Assembly: GCF_011745625.1 (NCBI RefSeq)
Contig: NW_027191460.1
Location: 1-64,000 of the forward strand
DNA: 64,000 bases
Source: Cladosporium halotolerans
Taxonomy: Eukaryota
Direction: 5' to 3'
Under the pieces are notes generated by a model. That model saw nothing but the letters and a program-made list of their open reading frames with translations, was not told the origin of the DNA and made no database searches. Of this stretch, positions 36,100 to 50,254 are shown in pieces (the stretch's first letter is position 1; each line of letters opens with the position of its first letter). The position numbers were made by a program, and so were the translations under genes.

Positions 36100-38887
36100 A
36101 TGGCCACGCTCTCCCCCAACGGCGATACTCGCCGCCCCGTCACCACCAACCGCTCGCCAACCGCCCCCACCGTCCTCACCATGAACGGCCACTTCGGCGC
36201 CGTCGGCGACAATCCGACCAAGGAGTCCTTCGAGCATGGCATCCAGGTCATCGACGAGGACAAGGTCTTCAACCCGGCCTTGCCCTCGTATTTGCAGCTG
36301 GAGCAGGTTACGAGGTCTGGCTTTAATTACCACTTGATCTCGGTGTTTGGTAGCCAGAGCACCGGTAAGAGCACACTGCTCAACACATTGTTCGGCACGC
36401 AGTTTGGTGTCATGAGCGAGCAGGAAAGGCGCCAGACTACGAAAGGTATTTGGATGAGTAAGAACAAGAGGGAACATATTGAGACTGCGCCTGGGCAGAA
36501 GATGGCGGAGAACATTCTTGTTATGGACGTCGAGGGTACAGACGGAAGGGAACGAGGCGAGGATCAGGACTTCGAGCGCAAGAGTGCACTTTTCGCGCTT
36601 GCCACCAGCGAGGTCTTGATTGTGAATATCTGGGAGCACCAAGTTGGTCTGTACCAGGGCGCAAACATGGGCCTGCTCAAGACCGTGTTCGAAGTCAACC
36701 TGCAGCTTTTCCTGAAGGATGCGAAGAGCGTCCCCCGAAGCTTGCTATTCTTCGTGATCAGAGACCACCTCGGAACCACGCCTTTGGACAATTTGAAGAA
36801 CACATTGCTCCAAGATCTCTCGCGCATTTGGTCGTCCCTCTCGAAGCCTCCTGGCCTCGAGAAGAGCAAAATCGACGACTACTTCGACTTCGCCTTCGTC
36901 GCCCTGCCGCACAAGATTCTCCAGCCCGAGAAGTTCCAGGCCGAGGTGCAGAAGCTCGGCCTGCGTTTCAGGGAAGGTTTCAAAGACCCGAAGAGGGCCG
37001 GCTTGGTCGACGAGTCCACCGAGGCGATCCTCCTCCCCGAGTACCACCGCAGAATCCCCGCCGACGGCTTCCCCATGTACGCGCAGGGCATCTGGGAACA
37101 GATCGATAGCAACAAGGATCTGGACCTCCCTACGCAGCAAGAGCTTCTCGCGCAATTCCGATGCGACGAGATTGCGAAGGAGGTGCTCGTGGCTTTCGAC
37201 GCCATTGTTACACCCCTGGAGGAGCAACAAGCGACGGCCGTTGCTGCGGGCACACCTACTATCCTTGCATCTCTGGGCCAGGCTATCGCTGGAGCACGCA
37301 AAGCGGTTCTGGCCGATTTCGAGACCGAGGCGAGCCGGTACCACAAGGGCGTGTTCAAGGCGAAGCAGGGCGAGCTTGCCAGCAAAGTCGATGGCAGACT
37401 CAAGGCTCTCTACCAAGGCCAGCTCAGTGCAGCTCACAAGAGCGGCGTCCACGAGTTCAGCGAGGCAGTCACACTTGCGGTCAAGGCTGGGCAGAAGAAG
37501 GGGGGAAGCTACGATTTCTACAAGATTGTCTCTACCGAGAAGCAGAAGTCGCTGGAGAAGTTCGAGAAGGAGGCGAAATCCTCGCGCATCGAGGGCACGC
37601 CGTGGAGCGATTACACCCAGCAGCTCAACCTTTATCGCAAGGAGTTGGATGAGGTTAGCACTAGACTGCGCAAGGATGAGATGCGTCGCTTGGCCACGAG
37701 ATCTGAGCGCTGGGTTCGTTCGCGACTCGGCGAGCTCGTGGGCTTGGAGTTCAACAAGCTTGGTTCCGGGCGTGGTGGCTCAGGAGCTCCAGCTGAAGGC
37801 GAGAAGCCTGCCACTGAGAAAGACCTGTGGGACCGCATCTGGGGTGTTTTCACCGAGACTGTCTCGCACGCAGAGACTCGCTTCACGGACCGCGCACGCA
37901 GCTTCGACGCTAGCCCTGACGAGGTTGAAGTCGGCCTTTGGCGCCTGCGAAGGAAGTCCTGGGGTGCTCTGCGCGACAAGATCGACGAAGAGGTCATGGA
38001 AGGCAACCTCATGCTTAAGCTCCGCGAAAACTTCGAAGACAAATTCCGCTACGACGAGGAGGGTGTGCCGCGCATCTGGAGGCCGACGGACGACATCGAG
38101 GGTCTTTACACGAAGGCGCGTGAGAGCACTCTCGAGCTCATCCCTCTGCTTTCTCGCTTCCGGATGATAAGCACATCCGCGCCGCCGCCTCTCGATGCTT
38201 GGATTGGCGCGCCGCCACAGAACATTACCGCTGCGGATGAGGAGGATTTGAACCCGATCGGAGGCGTCGATGAGGAGGAGGGCAAGACCCTGGAAGAGGA
38301 GATGACCGTCCTTGGCGATGCGAAGCGCCAGGATCTCGCCACAAGGTTCAAGAAGACGGCTGATGGTGTCTACGTTGAGGCCAAGCGAAGTGCCATTGGT
38401 GGTGTCGCCCAGGTGCCGCTCTACTTCTACGGCCTTCTGCTGGCATTGGGATGGAACGAGATTGTTACCGGTAAGAAACCAAGCTCCTGTGTTCCACTCA
38501 ATCCCCCTTTTAGCATTACTAACAAATTTCTGCTAGTCCTTCGCAACCCTGTGTATTTCATCTTCTTGATTCTCGCGGGTGTCGCCGCCTACGTTACCTA
38601 CACGCTCAACCTCTGGGGGCCGATCCTGCGAATGACGAACGCAGCCAGCTCACAAGGTCTGGAGATCTTCAAGGAGAAGCTGCGGGAGTTCCTCGAGTCC
38701 ACCGACACCGGCAGGCAGGCGGTTGGTATGTCGGCGAAAGGATCGTACAGGTAAGCTGGATCGTTAGCTCAGTTGTTCGTGGATCGCAATACTGATATCT
38801 CCTTCTAGCATGGACACACTGAACAGCAACGGCACGACCAAGACAAAGGCCTCAGCCAAGGACGATGACGACGTTGATGAGATTTAA
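36100..38887 (+). CDS. SEY1: SEY1/RHD3 dynamin-like ER fusion GTPase
   Basis: GSQSTGKS P-loop, [25 protein letters not shown]-terminal TM hairpin; introns 38471-38536 and 38751-38808. Confidence 0.96.
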
Positions 38888-38894
38888 GCGAGCA

Positions 38895-39644
38895 TTAAGC
38901 ATTCACAAGCGGATACCTATTTGTGTAGTCGAGGTTTGTATACAAGTGACAGACAGAATTCAACGGCAAATCCATTCTCTCACCGATTCGTTTCCCCGTC
39001 ACATCTTCCTCCTGCTTGATTTCTTTTTTCTCCTTTTCGTCCACCATGCTCTCATCGTACAACGTGTCGTCCAAGCTTATTGCCTCCTGGTCTCTTGTCG
39101 GAACCGGGCCAGACTCAGCTTGAGCGATCTCATCGACTTGATCGGTGCGTCGAGTAAACCTGCGTGCGTGACAGCACCAGATGCTTCCTTGCAAGAAAGT
39201 AAGCAGCCATAGCACCATGCTGAGCAAGTCGAAAGCGATCGCAGCTTTCATGCCATCCGCTGACTTCACTTCGTCTTCCGCAGCCAAAGCACTGCTACCA
39301 TCCAGATATGTACTCCCATAAACACCTGCCAGCGCAGCCCAAAGCACACACAGGACAAGGTCCCAGAGAACCCACGCCGCCCGCTTGACCGTCACAAAGC
39401 AGTGGAAGCCGACGGTCATCACAGACAGGATGCCGACGACCTGCGCGTAGATTTCGTTCGTGATAGGCGTGTAGTCGCGGTTGCTTCGGTAGTTCAGTTC
39501 GCTGCCGTAGATGCCGATGACGATGATTGCGCTCGAGAATTGGATCGTTCGAAGAGTTGCGCGCGCCATGATGCCCGTGTAGCCGCCTTCGTGCCAGTAT
39601 TGCTGCAGTGATGCACGCTTTGGGTTCGGCGTCTTGGGCGTCAT
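38895..39644 (-). CDS. MARVEL-domain-like four-TM membrane protein
   Basis: LRTIQFSSAIIVIGIYG, YAQVVGILS, WDLVLCVLWAALAGVYG, MKAAIAFDLLSMVLWLLT pattern. Start and 3' end are uncertain. Confidence 0.75.
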   Translation of the reverse strand: MTPKTPNPKRASLQQYWHEGGYTGIMARATLRTIQFSSAIIVIGIYGSELNYRSNRDYTPITNEIYAQVVGILSVMTVGFHCFVTVKRAAWVLWDLVLCVLWAALAGVYGSTYLDGSSALAAEDEVKSADGMKAAIAFDLLSMVLWLLTFLQGSIWCCHARRFTRRTDQVDEIAQAESGPVPTRDQEAISLDDTLYDESMVDEKEKKEIKQEEDVTGKRIGERMDLPLNSVCHLYTNLDYTNRYPLVNA

Positions 39645-40122
39645 GTTTTGGTTGGGTTGTTCGTGGATATGATCGTTTTGCAGACAGGATTGAGACATGC
39701 TTGATTGGTATATCGAACGAGTTATTGGCAGCTTCGGTCGGCGTACGACGGAATTCACTGGGCAAACGCTTCGGACGAAAGATTGAAATGTACAGGATAG
39801 ATGGGAAGAGACGCAATGGCCTTGCTTTTGTGCGGCGACGATTCAACCATAACATATGCCGATGTACTTGTGCCGTGGTGCGTCCATGCGCTAAGCTCGC
39901 CGTATTCCATACGGCTAGGAAGCGCACCGAAAGTCAACCGTATCGAATACGCCAGCCCTAAGTATGAAGTATTCATAGCACGCCCAACCTCAACGACGAG
40001 CATTGTGACGACTTGGTCGCCGAAAATACTCCCAAACGGAGCCGTCTGGCTCAATCGCTGCTTCTGGTACATCATGGCAGCTGGCGCACGCTTTTTCCTT
40101 CTTCCCACTGGGAGAAGAAAAC

Positions 40123-42872
40123 ATGGAGCGAGATCTTGAGATTCCGTCCCGCTCGCTTTCACTTTCGCCAACTCTTACGCGACTTCCTTCGTATGTGACA
40201 TTGGCTCCCGAGAACGCCGACACCACAATTGATGCAGACTCCAATGGCAATTTGGAGGTCTCGGATACGTTGGGTATCGGCGTGCGCAGCGATGGCCGAG
40301 TTGACGTGAACTGCCACGCTCCACTGGGCCGACGGCTCTCGCGCCTGCTCGACAGCGAACAACCTCACCTTGCCCCTTCCACAAGTCCGCGAAGCTATTC
40401 AGATCGATACGCAAAACCGCCTCCCCCCAAGCTCAACATCGTGATACAGATCGCTGGAAGCCGAGGCGATGTCCAGCCATTCGTAGCGCTTGGATGCGCT
40501 CTGAAACGCGACCATGGCCATAGGGTCCGCATCGCCACCCACGCTGCTTTCGAGAAGTTCGTCCGTTCGACGGGCCTCGAATTCTATCCTTTAGGGGGCG
40601 ACCCTACGGAGCTCATGGCATACATTGTCAAGAACCCTGGTCTGATTCCCAGCTTCGCAAGCGTGAAAGCCGGTGACATTGGGCGCAAACGCAAAATGCT
40701 CGCTGAGATGCTTCACGGATGCTGGAAATCGTGCATCGAACCAGACGAGCAGGCCAAGCAGCCTTTCGTTGCTGATGCTGTTATCGCCAACCCTCCCAGC
40801 ATGGGACACGTCCACTGCGCTCAAGCTTTATCCATACATCTTCACATAATGTTTACGATGCCCTGGAGCACGACCAAGGCTTTTTCTCACCCACTTGCTA
40901 ATCTGAACTATTCTGCGCAAACGATGCCAGCAGTCGCAAATGCGCTGTCTTTTGGAGTCGTTGAATTTATGATGTGGCAAGGGTAGGGCTGTCCCGAATT
41001 CATAAAGTGATGCAAACGATCACGACAAAAGCTGACAGGTTCTTTCACAGTGTTGGTGACATTGTGAATCGCTGGCGATCACAATCCCTAGATCTGGAGC
41101 CTATCCCAGAGTCCGATGGCCCTAGATTGCTAGAGCGTCTGGCCGTCCCGCACACCTATTGCTGGTCTCCAGCATTGGTGCCCCGACCGTGGGACTGGCC
41201 TCAGCATATAGGTACGAAATCTAAACATCTTCAGAGACACAACGTTTGCTAACAAGTGATTATCAGACGTCTGTGGATTCTTCTTTCGCGAGCCTCCCTC
41301 ATACGAACCACCGGCCGACCTTGCCAATTTCCTAGATCACGGATCTACCCCTATCTATGTTGGCTTTGGCAGTATAGTGATCGATGATCCGCAATTTTTG
41401 ACCAAAATGATCCTTGAAGCGATCCGTATCACAGGAATTCGTGCTCTGATCTCGCGAGGATGGAGTAATCTTGGGCAGGACCTAAAGTCAGACGACAGCG
41501 TCTTCTTCCTGGGCGACTGCCCGCACGAGTGGCTGTTCAGCCGCGTGAAAGCTGTAATACATCATGGTGGCGCTGGTACCACTGCCTGTGGCTTACAAAA
41601 CGGAGCTCCTACATTCATCGTGCCTTTCTTTGGAGAGTAAGGATGGCTTACCCTACGCAACACAGACTACGATAGCTGACAGCTCTTAGCCAACCCTTCT
41701 GGGGCAACATGGTAGCCTCGGCTGGTGCGGGTCCATCGCCCATACCTTATCACTCACTGACTACGGAAGGCCTTGCATCAGCCATCGTACAATGTCTCGA
41801 TCCAAATACAAAATCCGCCGCCCAGACTGTTGCCGCAAAGATGAAAACAGAATCGGGTGTCGATACCGCCGTCAGATCATTTCACGCCCATCTACCACGA
41901 GACATGGATTGCCAGGTGCTCTCGGATCAGCCTGCTTCTTGGATCTACAAGAAGCATCGTACAAAAATAAGACTGTCGAAGAAGGCGGCTGCGATATTAA
42001 TACAGGCATCGATCATAAAGTCAGAGCAACTGTCTCCGTGAGTCACGCTTCTCGTTCGGCGAGTCCGAGCAGAGACTAATCCTTTACACCCAACCAGTTT
42101 CCGCCCCAAACCCTTCCACATCGAACCCAAGCGCCTCGACCCCATCACAGCAATCCTCTCCGCCTCCTTCCAAACCGCCGGCTCCATCGGCCAAGCAGCC
42201 ATCAAAATGGCCTCCGACCCCTACCAAGCCTACAAATCCTCCAAAAGCCACCAACCCGCCAAAGCCACCACCGCGGCCAACCGCACACAGCCACCAGACA
42301 ACCCGTCCCTCGCCCTCAACCCTTCCGCTCCCCCACCTCACCTCGCCAAAACCCTCCTCACAACCTCCGCGCACAGCACGACCCGCCTCCTCCTGTCTCC
42401 CCTCAAAGGCCTGCTCCTCGACATCCCGCTCGCGCTAACTGAAGGCCTCCGCGCGCTCCCCACGCTCTACAACGACACCTCGTTCTCCTCCCACGAGCCG
42501 ATCACAGGCTGGAAGAGCGGCGCAGCCGTCGGAGCAGCGTCGTTCGCGCGCGGCGTGCGGCAGGGCGCGACGGACGGGTTCGCGGCGGCGTTCGCGGGCA
42601 AGAAGCGCGAGGGCGCGAGGGGCGTGGCGAAGGGGCTCGGGGTGGGAGTCGTGGGGTTCGGGGCGAAGACGGGGGCGGGCGTGGTGGGGCTGGTGGCGTA
42701 TCCGTGCCAGGGGGTTTGGAAGAGTTTGTATGCGGCGACGCATAGGAGGAGGGGAGATTTGGTTCGTGGGGCGAAGCTGGGGGAAGGGGAGTGGAGTTTG
42801 GAGGGTGCGGGAGGGTGTCAGCAAGAGGTCGTTCAGGGGTTTCTTCGTTTGCGGTCCGGGCCTGAAGATTGA
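40123..42872 (+). CDS. Sterol 3-beta-glucosyltransferase-like GT1 enzyme (no PH/GRAM domains seen)
   Basis: GSRGDVQPF, HRVRIATH, IANPPS, CPHEWLF, HHGGAGTTACG, PFFG/DQPFW; introns 40983-41050, 41212-41266, 41637-41689 and 42038-42097. Confidence 0.88.
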
Positions 42873-43435
42873 GATAGGCTTGGTCAGGGCTGAGGAGGCA
42901 TGATCTTGCAGGTATGCACGAGGAGCGAGTTTATTAGGAAAGAACAAGCAGATTTTCCATTATTTTCTCTCTGCACATTAACTACGATCGAGACAACCGT
43001 TTCAGTGATTATGTGGGCAGATTCCACCATGGATGAGTATGCCTTTGAACAAAAGGTGTTGAGCAAGAAGAAGAGGGAAGAAGAGAAAGGAAAAATTAGG
43101 GGCAGAGACAAATGTCCTCTGGAAATGGGCATAAAACCGCAGTGAGAGCCGGATTGATGCAACTTTAGGAGCTTCCCGGAAGCGTTGTTAGCCAGACGTT
43201 GAGATACCTGTCCAATCCAACAGCTTGGGGTAGACTCCTGGCCCAAGCTAGCTTGAGGTGTAGAAAGCAACGAATTCGAGGATCAATCTTGGGAGCCGCA
43301 ACCCTTTGTAAATTGTCGACACAATGCGAGATGGTGTGAAGGATGGGCTTTCTGGCAAGCAAGCTGATGCAATTCCAAGGAAACGCGGTAAGTAGCTCGC
43401 AATGAACTATGGTTGCGTGAGGCTGCAAGATTGCT

Positions 43436-45721
43436 CTAGCGGTAGCTGCTGTTGCGGCCCATGCCAATGAAGCCACGGTCATTGTGGTTGTAAGGACGAG
43501 CGCCCATCTCGAGTGCCGGCTGCTCCGGGTAACGGCCGTTGGTACGGCTCAGTCCAACCGGCGGGCCAGGACGGGTGACGAAAGCAGGGTTGGAGCACAG
43601 CATGGCGACGCGCGAGCCGTACTTGGAGCCGCGAAGAGACACCATGTGCTTGCGAATGTGAGCGGCAACGACTTCACGGCGCTGCGGATCGGCGTTGGCC
43701 AGAATGTACTGGATCAGGTAGTTGCCAAACTGGTCACCAGCGATGTCGACAAGCGGCATGCGCGGACGGTCAGGGCGAGCCTCGCAGACCACGTCAAGGT
43801 AACGATCGAGGAACTCCGAACCGCCAATCTTGAGGCACTTCTCGATGACCTTAGAAGCGAATTGATCCATGCTGTACTCCGTCGCGAAGCGCAGGACATG
43901 GTCAACAGCACGGGTGCGGTCGGGGAGAGAGCCGTGCTCGCAGATGTGCTGGATGCACCAGTTGCCGAACTGGCCATGAGCGACGACATCGATGCTGGCA
44001 AGGACTTCGTTGATGCAGGGGCGCTTGTCATCCTCAAGGCAGTTCTCGAAGATATTCTGGACGACAAGGCTGCCAGTCTCGCCCAGCGCAACTTCGTGCC
44101 ACATACCGCGAAGCGCCTCGTTGACGTACTTCATGATCTGCGGCGGAGAGCCACTCCAGCGAAGCTCGAATAGCTTTTGCCAGACGTGGCATGCGTAGCG
44201 GTGGATGACGGTCTCCGGGATGCGACGCAGCAGCTCGTGAACCATGATTGACTTGTACTCCTCAGGCACACTGTCGAATGCCTTCTGGACGACATGGCAT
44301 CCGAAAGCGTCCATGCTGAGGTTCAAGGTATTGCCGCGGATAGCCTGGGCAATTGAGACGATCTGGTCCGGCGTGCCGTGCTCGAAGCAGCGCTGGACGA
44401 GGAAGTTGCCGAAGCGGTTGATCATGAGCGGGTAGGCTTGATCGATAATCGCCTGCACGATCTCGAACTTGTGCTCGGGGGTGCCAACCTTCAGCTTCTG
44501 CTGGAGGAAGATGGAAGCCTGCTGGTCATTGTTGCAGACGATCTTGTCGACGATGTAGCGCCAGTTGCAGCTCATGTTGCGATCCAGCAGACGGCGGTAA
44601 TTGAGCGGTTCGACAGTGCTCATGTAGTGCTGAGTGGTCGGCTGCGTAGCAACAGTCTGCCACTGTCCGGTGAAGTCGGAAGCGGTCGGCGACAGCCTGG
44701 TGCCAATGGGCGCCTGGATCGGCTGCGCGTGTCCACCATCCTGCTGACCGTAGATCTGGCTGAGCTGGGTTGGGTTGAAGGTCTGGTTGAAAGGAGTGAC
44801 CGGGGGAGTTAACCCGGTGTGACGTGCCGGGCGCGCGGCGTAGGAGGACGGCGGGCGGCTGAAGGGAGCCGAGGTTGGAACATCACTGTTTCGCGTTAGT
44901 GATGTGAAATTAGTGGGATACTTCGAGGCCACTTACGGCTGGCTGGCAAAGAAGGGCGGCGGCGCGAGTGACCCGCTCTGGAATCCGCCATTCAGCGCAA
45001 GAGCGTGCTGCTGAGAGTTGAGGTCGAGCGGACTAGTGCGCCTAGAGTCGCGGGCAGTGACGTTGGGCTGAGTGGCGCCAAGGGAGACGAAAGGGAGACC
45101 ACGGGTAGCAGGCAAGAAGGGGTTGCCAGCAGGCTGCTCAGCGGCCTGACGGAGGCGAGCCTGAGATAGCTCAAGCTCCATCTGCGCCATGCGCTCAGTG
45201 GCAAGCTCAAGCTGCCTCTTCATGTTCTCCATCAGGGAGGTGTCATTGCTGTCGGACGTAGTGGTGCTGCCGGCTGGCGGAGTGCTGGCGAACGGGTCGG
45301 TGGGCTGAGAAGAGCTGTCGTCGTCGAGCGGGACGCCGCCCTCGTGCTTGATGTTCTGCTGTTCGTTGAGCTTCGCCATGAGTTCGCCGAGGACGTCGTG
45401 TTCTTCTGGGGTGGTGGTGTTGTTCTTCTGCAAGGTACTAGTGAGCATGGTGGTGGGCAAGGGCAAAGGTAGTATGTGTGATGATTGGAGTTTACCTTCG
45501 GAGACTCGCGTGGGAGCTTGTTGACGAGTTTGGAAGTGGTGAGAGGGAGTGGCAAATTAGTAGTCGAGCGCTTCATTTCAACCTGCATAATCACATGTCA
45601 GCGGTGTCGCGTTTGCGGTGAAGTGAGCGCTGATCGCGTCACTGACATTCGGAATCGCCGAAGCGCCCTCATCGCGGTGGATGTCGAACGCGCGCGCGCT
45701 CTTCTTCTGCGGCGAAGCCAT
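43436..45721 (-). CDS. Pumilio/PUF-repeat RNA-binding protein (Mcp2/Mpf1-like)
   Basis: PUF repeats (FGNFLVQR, FGCHVVQK, YACHVWQK, FASKVIEK, FGNYLIQY). Model: ATG 45721, introns 45583-45646, 45428-45495 and 44886-44936, all in frame. Confidence 0.88.
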
Positions 45722-46426
45722 CCTCGATGTAGTACGTACGGGTTGCTGTAAGGTGGTGCGGTCGCGCGAGCACAGCCGGGTGGTGCGGTCGCGCTAGGAT
45801 GCGAATGGTAGACGAGCAGACGGTGACGGTCGCAAAGGAGCGTATGGGTGAGGGAAGAAGTGAAAGGAGCGTGTGCGCGCGACGCGACGGAAGAGTGAAG
45901 AGGTTGCGACAAGGTGCAGGCAGGTCAGGAGGGGAGTGGGAAGTCGCAGCCAGGCCGTGACTGCCTTCGCGCGCCACGCGATCCCAAGGCGTTCTTTCAA
46001 CTTCACTCGATCCGCAGCTCCACCAGCCGGTCCGGTCCGCAAACAAGCAATGGCTTTCACGTGCTTGCAGTGAAGGTGAGCTGGCTACCTATGATATTGC
46101 TTGTCATGTCGTCAGCAAAGCATTGCTACTTTCGACCATATTGCCTTCTGAATTCGGCACAGTAACAGCAGCAAATGCTGCCGTCGTTTGCCTCGTCGCC
46201 TGGTTAGCAGAGGTGTGAGTGAAGTGAGGAAAGCGCCGGAGGTAGCCGGGGGATCGGGGAACTAAGCCGGTGACCGAAAGGGGTAGTGACGAGATATGCA
46301 TTCATCACACTTCTTACAATGAGAACCGTTTCAATACCATCTGCCCGTAAACAAGGGTATATCGCTGTAAATGCTCGTATGCTTCGACTCCTCGCCATGC
46401 AATGCGCTTCCATATCGCTAGTCACA

Positions 46427-48326
46427 TCATCGTGATGGCTGCGAGAGACGTCAGTCATCGATCGGTAGCTTCACTTCATAATCAGTGCCGTACCATGCCG
46501 CTGCCGGGCCCAACCAACGCCCGCTGCTTGCCGATCCAACTCTTCGGCTCCTGTCGCCTTCTCCCGAGCGTCACGCCGTTGTTCTGAAGGCGAGCCGACA
46601 GGTCGTACCACGCCGAGGCCATCAAGCGGTTCTCGCGCTGCAGAGTAGCCATGTCCGGCGTCAACGCGCTGGTCTGCGGCTGCTTGGAAGCGGCGTCGAG
46701 TTGCTTGCGGAGCTCGAGAATCCTAGTCTCCTGGTCCTGCGCCAGCTGTCGTGCCTTCAGCTTCTCGTCATCGTTGTTCTGCAGAGTGCGCTTCTCCTCC
46801 TCGAGAGCATCGGTGCGTTCCGCCGCTTGCTTCAGACGAGTGTCAGAAGCCTCCAGTTGCTTCTCGAGCAACGCCACCTTCTCTGCCCAGTGCTTGCTCT
46901 CGTCCGTCTTTGGTGTCGCGGGAACCTTGGGCTCTGCCTCGCTAGCAGTGATCTCGCGGTTCATGTCTTTCTTCGGTACCACGTCCTCATCGTCCAGGTT
47001 GTGATCCTGAAGCTTCTGGCGCAGCTCCTCAATGGCCTCGTGGTCGCGCTCATGGCGCTCGCGAGCAGCCTCAAGCTTCTGCGAGAGAACACCAGAGTCG
47101 TAGACAGCGTGCTTCCTCATCGTACTCAGCTCGTTGATCTGGTACTCTTGGTTGCGAATGAGCCCACGCTTCTCGATGATCTCCTTCTCGAGGCCGGTCT
47201 GAACCTGCTTCATGCGCTCGAGCTCTTCGAGCTTCTCGTTCGCCTGCTTGAGCTCGTCGCGAAGCGTGCCGTTCAGCCGCTCTTGCTCCTGAAGCGCCTG
47301 GATCTTCTTCTTGAGGTTCTCGTTGGCTCTGATTTTCTGGGTCAAGTCCTCGTTCTCCGCCTTGAGCATTTGAAGGTCGTCGCGTAGCTTCTGCCCAGCC
47401 TCTGCGTCGTCCTTGTACTTCTGAATCTGCCTTTCGTACTTCTCCACCGCATTCCGTGAGTTCTGCAGCTGCGTCTCGAGATCATCAATGTAAGCCCGGT
47501 CGTTGTCAGCCTGCCGCTGCAATTTCTTAACCGCATCCCCTCCGTCGCCCTTCCTCCCCTTACTGTCAATATCGTCCCGATACGCATCAAAAGCCTCCTT
47601 CAACCTATCCTTGTCCTGCCTCAGCTCCTGCAGCTGCCTCTGCGCGACCTCATGGCTCGCCTGCAACTTATCAATCGTCGCCTGCGCCTGCAGCAGCTCC
47701 TCTTCCCTCTCCAGCAACGGATCACTGTACAGCCCCGCAGCCCCCTTCCCCCCATTCACCCTCCCCCCCTCCTCCACCCCCTCCGCCTCACTCTGATACG
47801 CCGACTCCTCCCTACTCCCCGGCTCCGCCAGCTCCTCCACCGCCTGCTCACTCTCCTCCATCGCCCTCAACTCCCCCGCAATCGCCATAGCCCTCTCCCT
47901 GCCTAGTCCCATCAACCTCGGCGCCATCCTCTGATTCGACTCCGGGCTCGTCATCGCCGACCGTATAATCGCCATGAGCAACCTCTCCAGATCCCGCACC
48001 GAGCTCTCGGCAGCAATCGCCTTCAGATCCGGCCCGCGCGCGCCCAGCGTCTCCTGCCCGTTGCAGATGTCGCGGTAGTACAGGCTGACCTGCTTGTCGA
48101 CGTGCTTGAGGTTCTGCCAGCGGCGCGTCCAGTCGTCGGCGGGCGAGACGGCGGGCTCGGGCAGGGCGCCCGCGAAGTAGTCGCCATCGATGTCCTGCAG
48201 GATGGCCCAGAGCGCGCGGCCGTCGGACAGGTCGCGCCAGGCCTCGACGGAGCCGACGCCGGAGAAGGAGCGGACCCATTGCAGGAGGCTTTCGCCGAGG
48301 AGGTCGAGGCTGCTGCTGTCTTCCAT
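46427..48326 (-). CDS. hookA: Hook-family dynein/early-endosome adaptor
   Basis: N-terminal Hook domain (LLQWVRSF..DLSDGRALWAILQDID), long coiled coil, C-terminal RENRLMASAWYDL; last intron 46439-46493. Confidence 0.82.
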
Positions 48327-49018
48327 TTTTTTGGGGGGGAGAGGCCTGCGGAGGGGGAGGGTGGTGGGTTGCGGGGGGTAAGGGGTTGATTGTATGGTGC
48401 TCTCTCCAGAGCACCACCGGTTTGGTCGGGAAAACGCTCACTAGAGCTATTGTTGGGAGTGGGATGTGAGGTCCAATCGTGGTTGACAGCCCCGTGACGG
48501 ACCAGGGACGATTGACGCGGGCGGAACTCGGCTGTTCGGAGCCTGACTTGCCCACGACTTGCAAACGCCGTTTCTCAAAGCACAAGGTACGAACGGAACA
48601 ACACGCGAGATCATAGTGAAACTGAAAAACAGGTAGAATTGATGATTGGGCGCGAAAATCAAGCATTGAATTATTAGTTCTGCCGTTAAAAGCCAACCCG
48701 ATCCACGGGTCCTTTGTCTCGTCGCGTTCGTAAGCTGTATCAAGGCAGACCAGTCCAGATCAGATGGGTACTGTACAAACCCAAACCCAGCAGGCCTGAA
48801 GTCCCTCGCGATGCAATACAAAGGAAATCCCGCCACCATTAAACAGAAACCACGCTATGCTACTACCGACTGGTATCCTCTCCTTCTATCTCTCTCTATC
48901 ATGTGTACTTGCTCGTCACTGCCTCGTTCATCTTTCGTCGTGACCCTCAGCCCGCTAGGATCGGTCGGTACATCGCTTCGAGCGATGCGTCGTGCTACCC
49001 TGCTCGTTCGCCCCTGGA

Positions 49019-50254
49019 TTAGAATCGCCTCGCAGCTTCAGCTGAAGTGACGACCGGCGGCAGCGGACACCTCGACTGCGGCGTTGTGATTTCGCCCAAC
49101 GGCGGCAGCGAGGGTGCAGAGCGTGGTGTGTATACTGCGCCCGCCTGACAGCTGCGAGCGCTGTCCGCGCGGTGTCTGAGCGACGAGCCCGCGCCAGGCG
49201 AGCTGCCGCCGCTGTTCCTGCGCGCCATGCGGACCTGCTCGGGCGAGATGGAGGCCGGCATGGGATGGGAGATTTGGGGTAGGCTGTGGTTGTGCGTATG
49301 CGTGTGCGAATAAGCGTGACCGAGCGCGGGACCGCTAGAGACGGAGCCTGGCGAGGTGCTGGACCTGCTGTCTGCGACTGCGACCACGCCGGTAGGTGCG
49401 GATGTGTTGTTCTGGCCGGCGAGGTGGAACACGGGGACGTTGGCGCGTTGCGCCATTTCGACTTCGCCGATTTGCCAGTGCATTGCTTCGGCCGCCCGCC
49501 AGGGGAGGGCCATCTCTTTGGAGATCTTTTCCCACATGTCTTTCTTGAATCTGACGGTTCGGTATTAGTAAAAGCTCCACAGGTCCTTTGCATTCGACAG
49601 TCCATACCTCTCGTAAAGCCTAGCAAGCTTGTTCTTCTTCTCCTCGTCCCACTCTGATCGACGCTCCAAGTAGTTTTGGAATCGAAGGCGACAGCTGATC
49701 GCACTGCGACCCGGCAAGTGCTTCGAGATGTCTTCCCACTTCATTCCATTGCCGCGCAATTCGATGATGGAAGCATCCTCGTCGGCGGTCCATTTAGACT
49801 GCTTCTTCTTCGCGGGCGACGCCGCTGGATGAGGAGGAGCCAGGCGCTTGTTGCTCGTGCCGGTATGCGTAACAGGTATCGACGCGAATCGAGGATCTGG
49901 CATGCCATTTGGTACATATCCAGGGTAGCTTGTTGCCGCCGGCGAGTAGTGCTGTGGATGAGGCACGTACGACTGGTGGTATTGCACAGCCTGCATTGGG
50001 TGGTAGTACAGTGGGCTCGAGTACTGCAGTTGAGCCTGAGCTGGAGGCGGTGTCTGTTGAACGCTGTGTTGTATACTCGATTGATGTCCAGGATAGGGAG
50101 CAGGTGCACCGAAGGATGTCACTGTCGAGGCCTGTGTCGATGTCGTGGCGTTGTCTCTACCGACGCTGCTACCACTGGAGTTCCTAGAAGATGTGCTCGC
50201 GTTTCCCGGTGATGCCGGACCGCTGGGCCTCTCTAGGAGAATGTGGATATCCAC
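49019..50254 (-). CDS. Myb/SANT-domain transcription factor; start probably GTG 50254 (first ATG is 49996)
   Basis: KWTADEDASIIELRGNGMKWEDISKHLPGRSAISCRLRFQNY; intron 49551-49607 gives YERFKKDMWEKI..PWRAAEAMHW. Confidence 0.82.

Noticed and set aside
46090..46152. ATGATA...CTGA as a possible C/D snoRNA
   Set aside because: C box is poor, and I recognised no terminal stem or rRNA complementarity.
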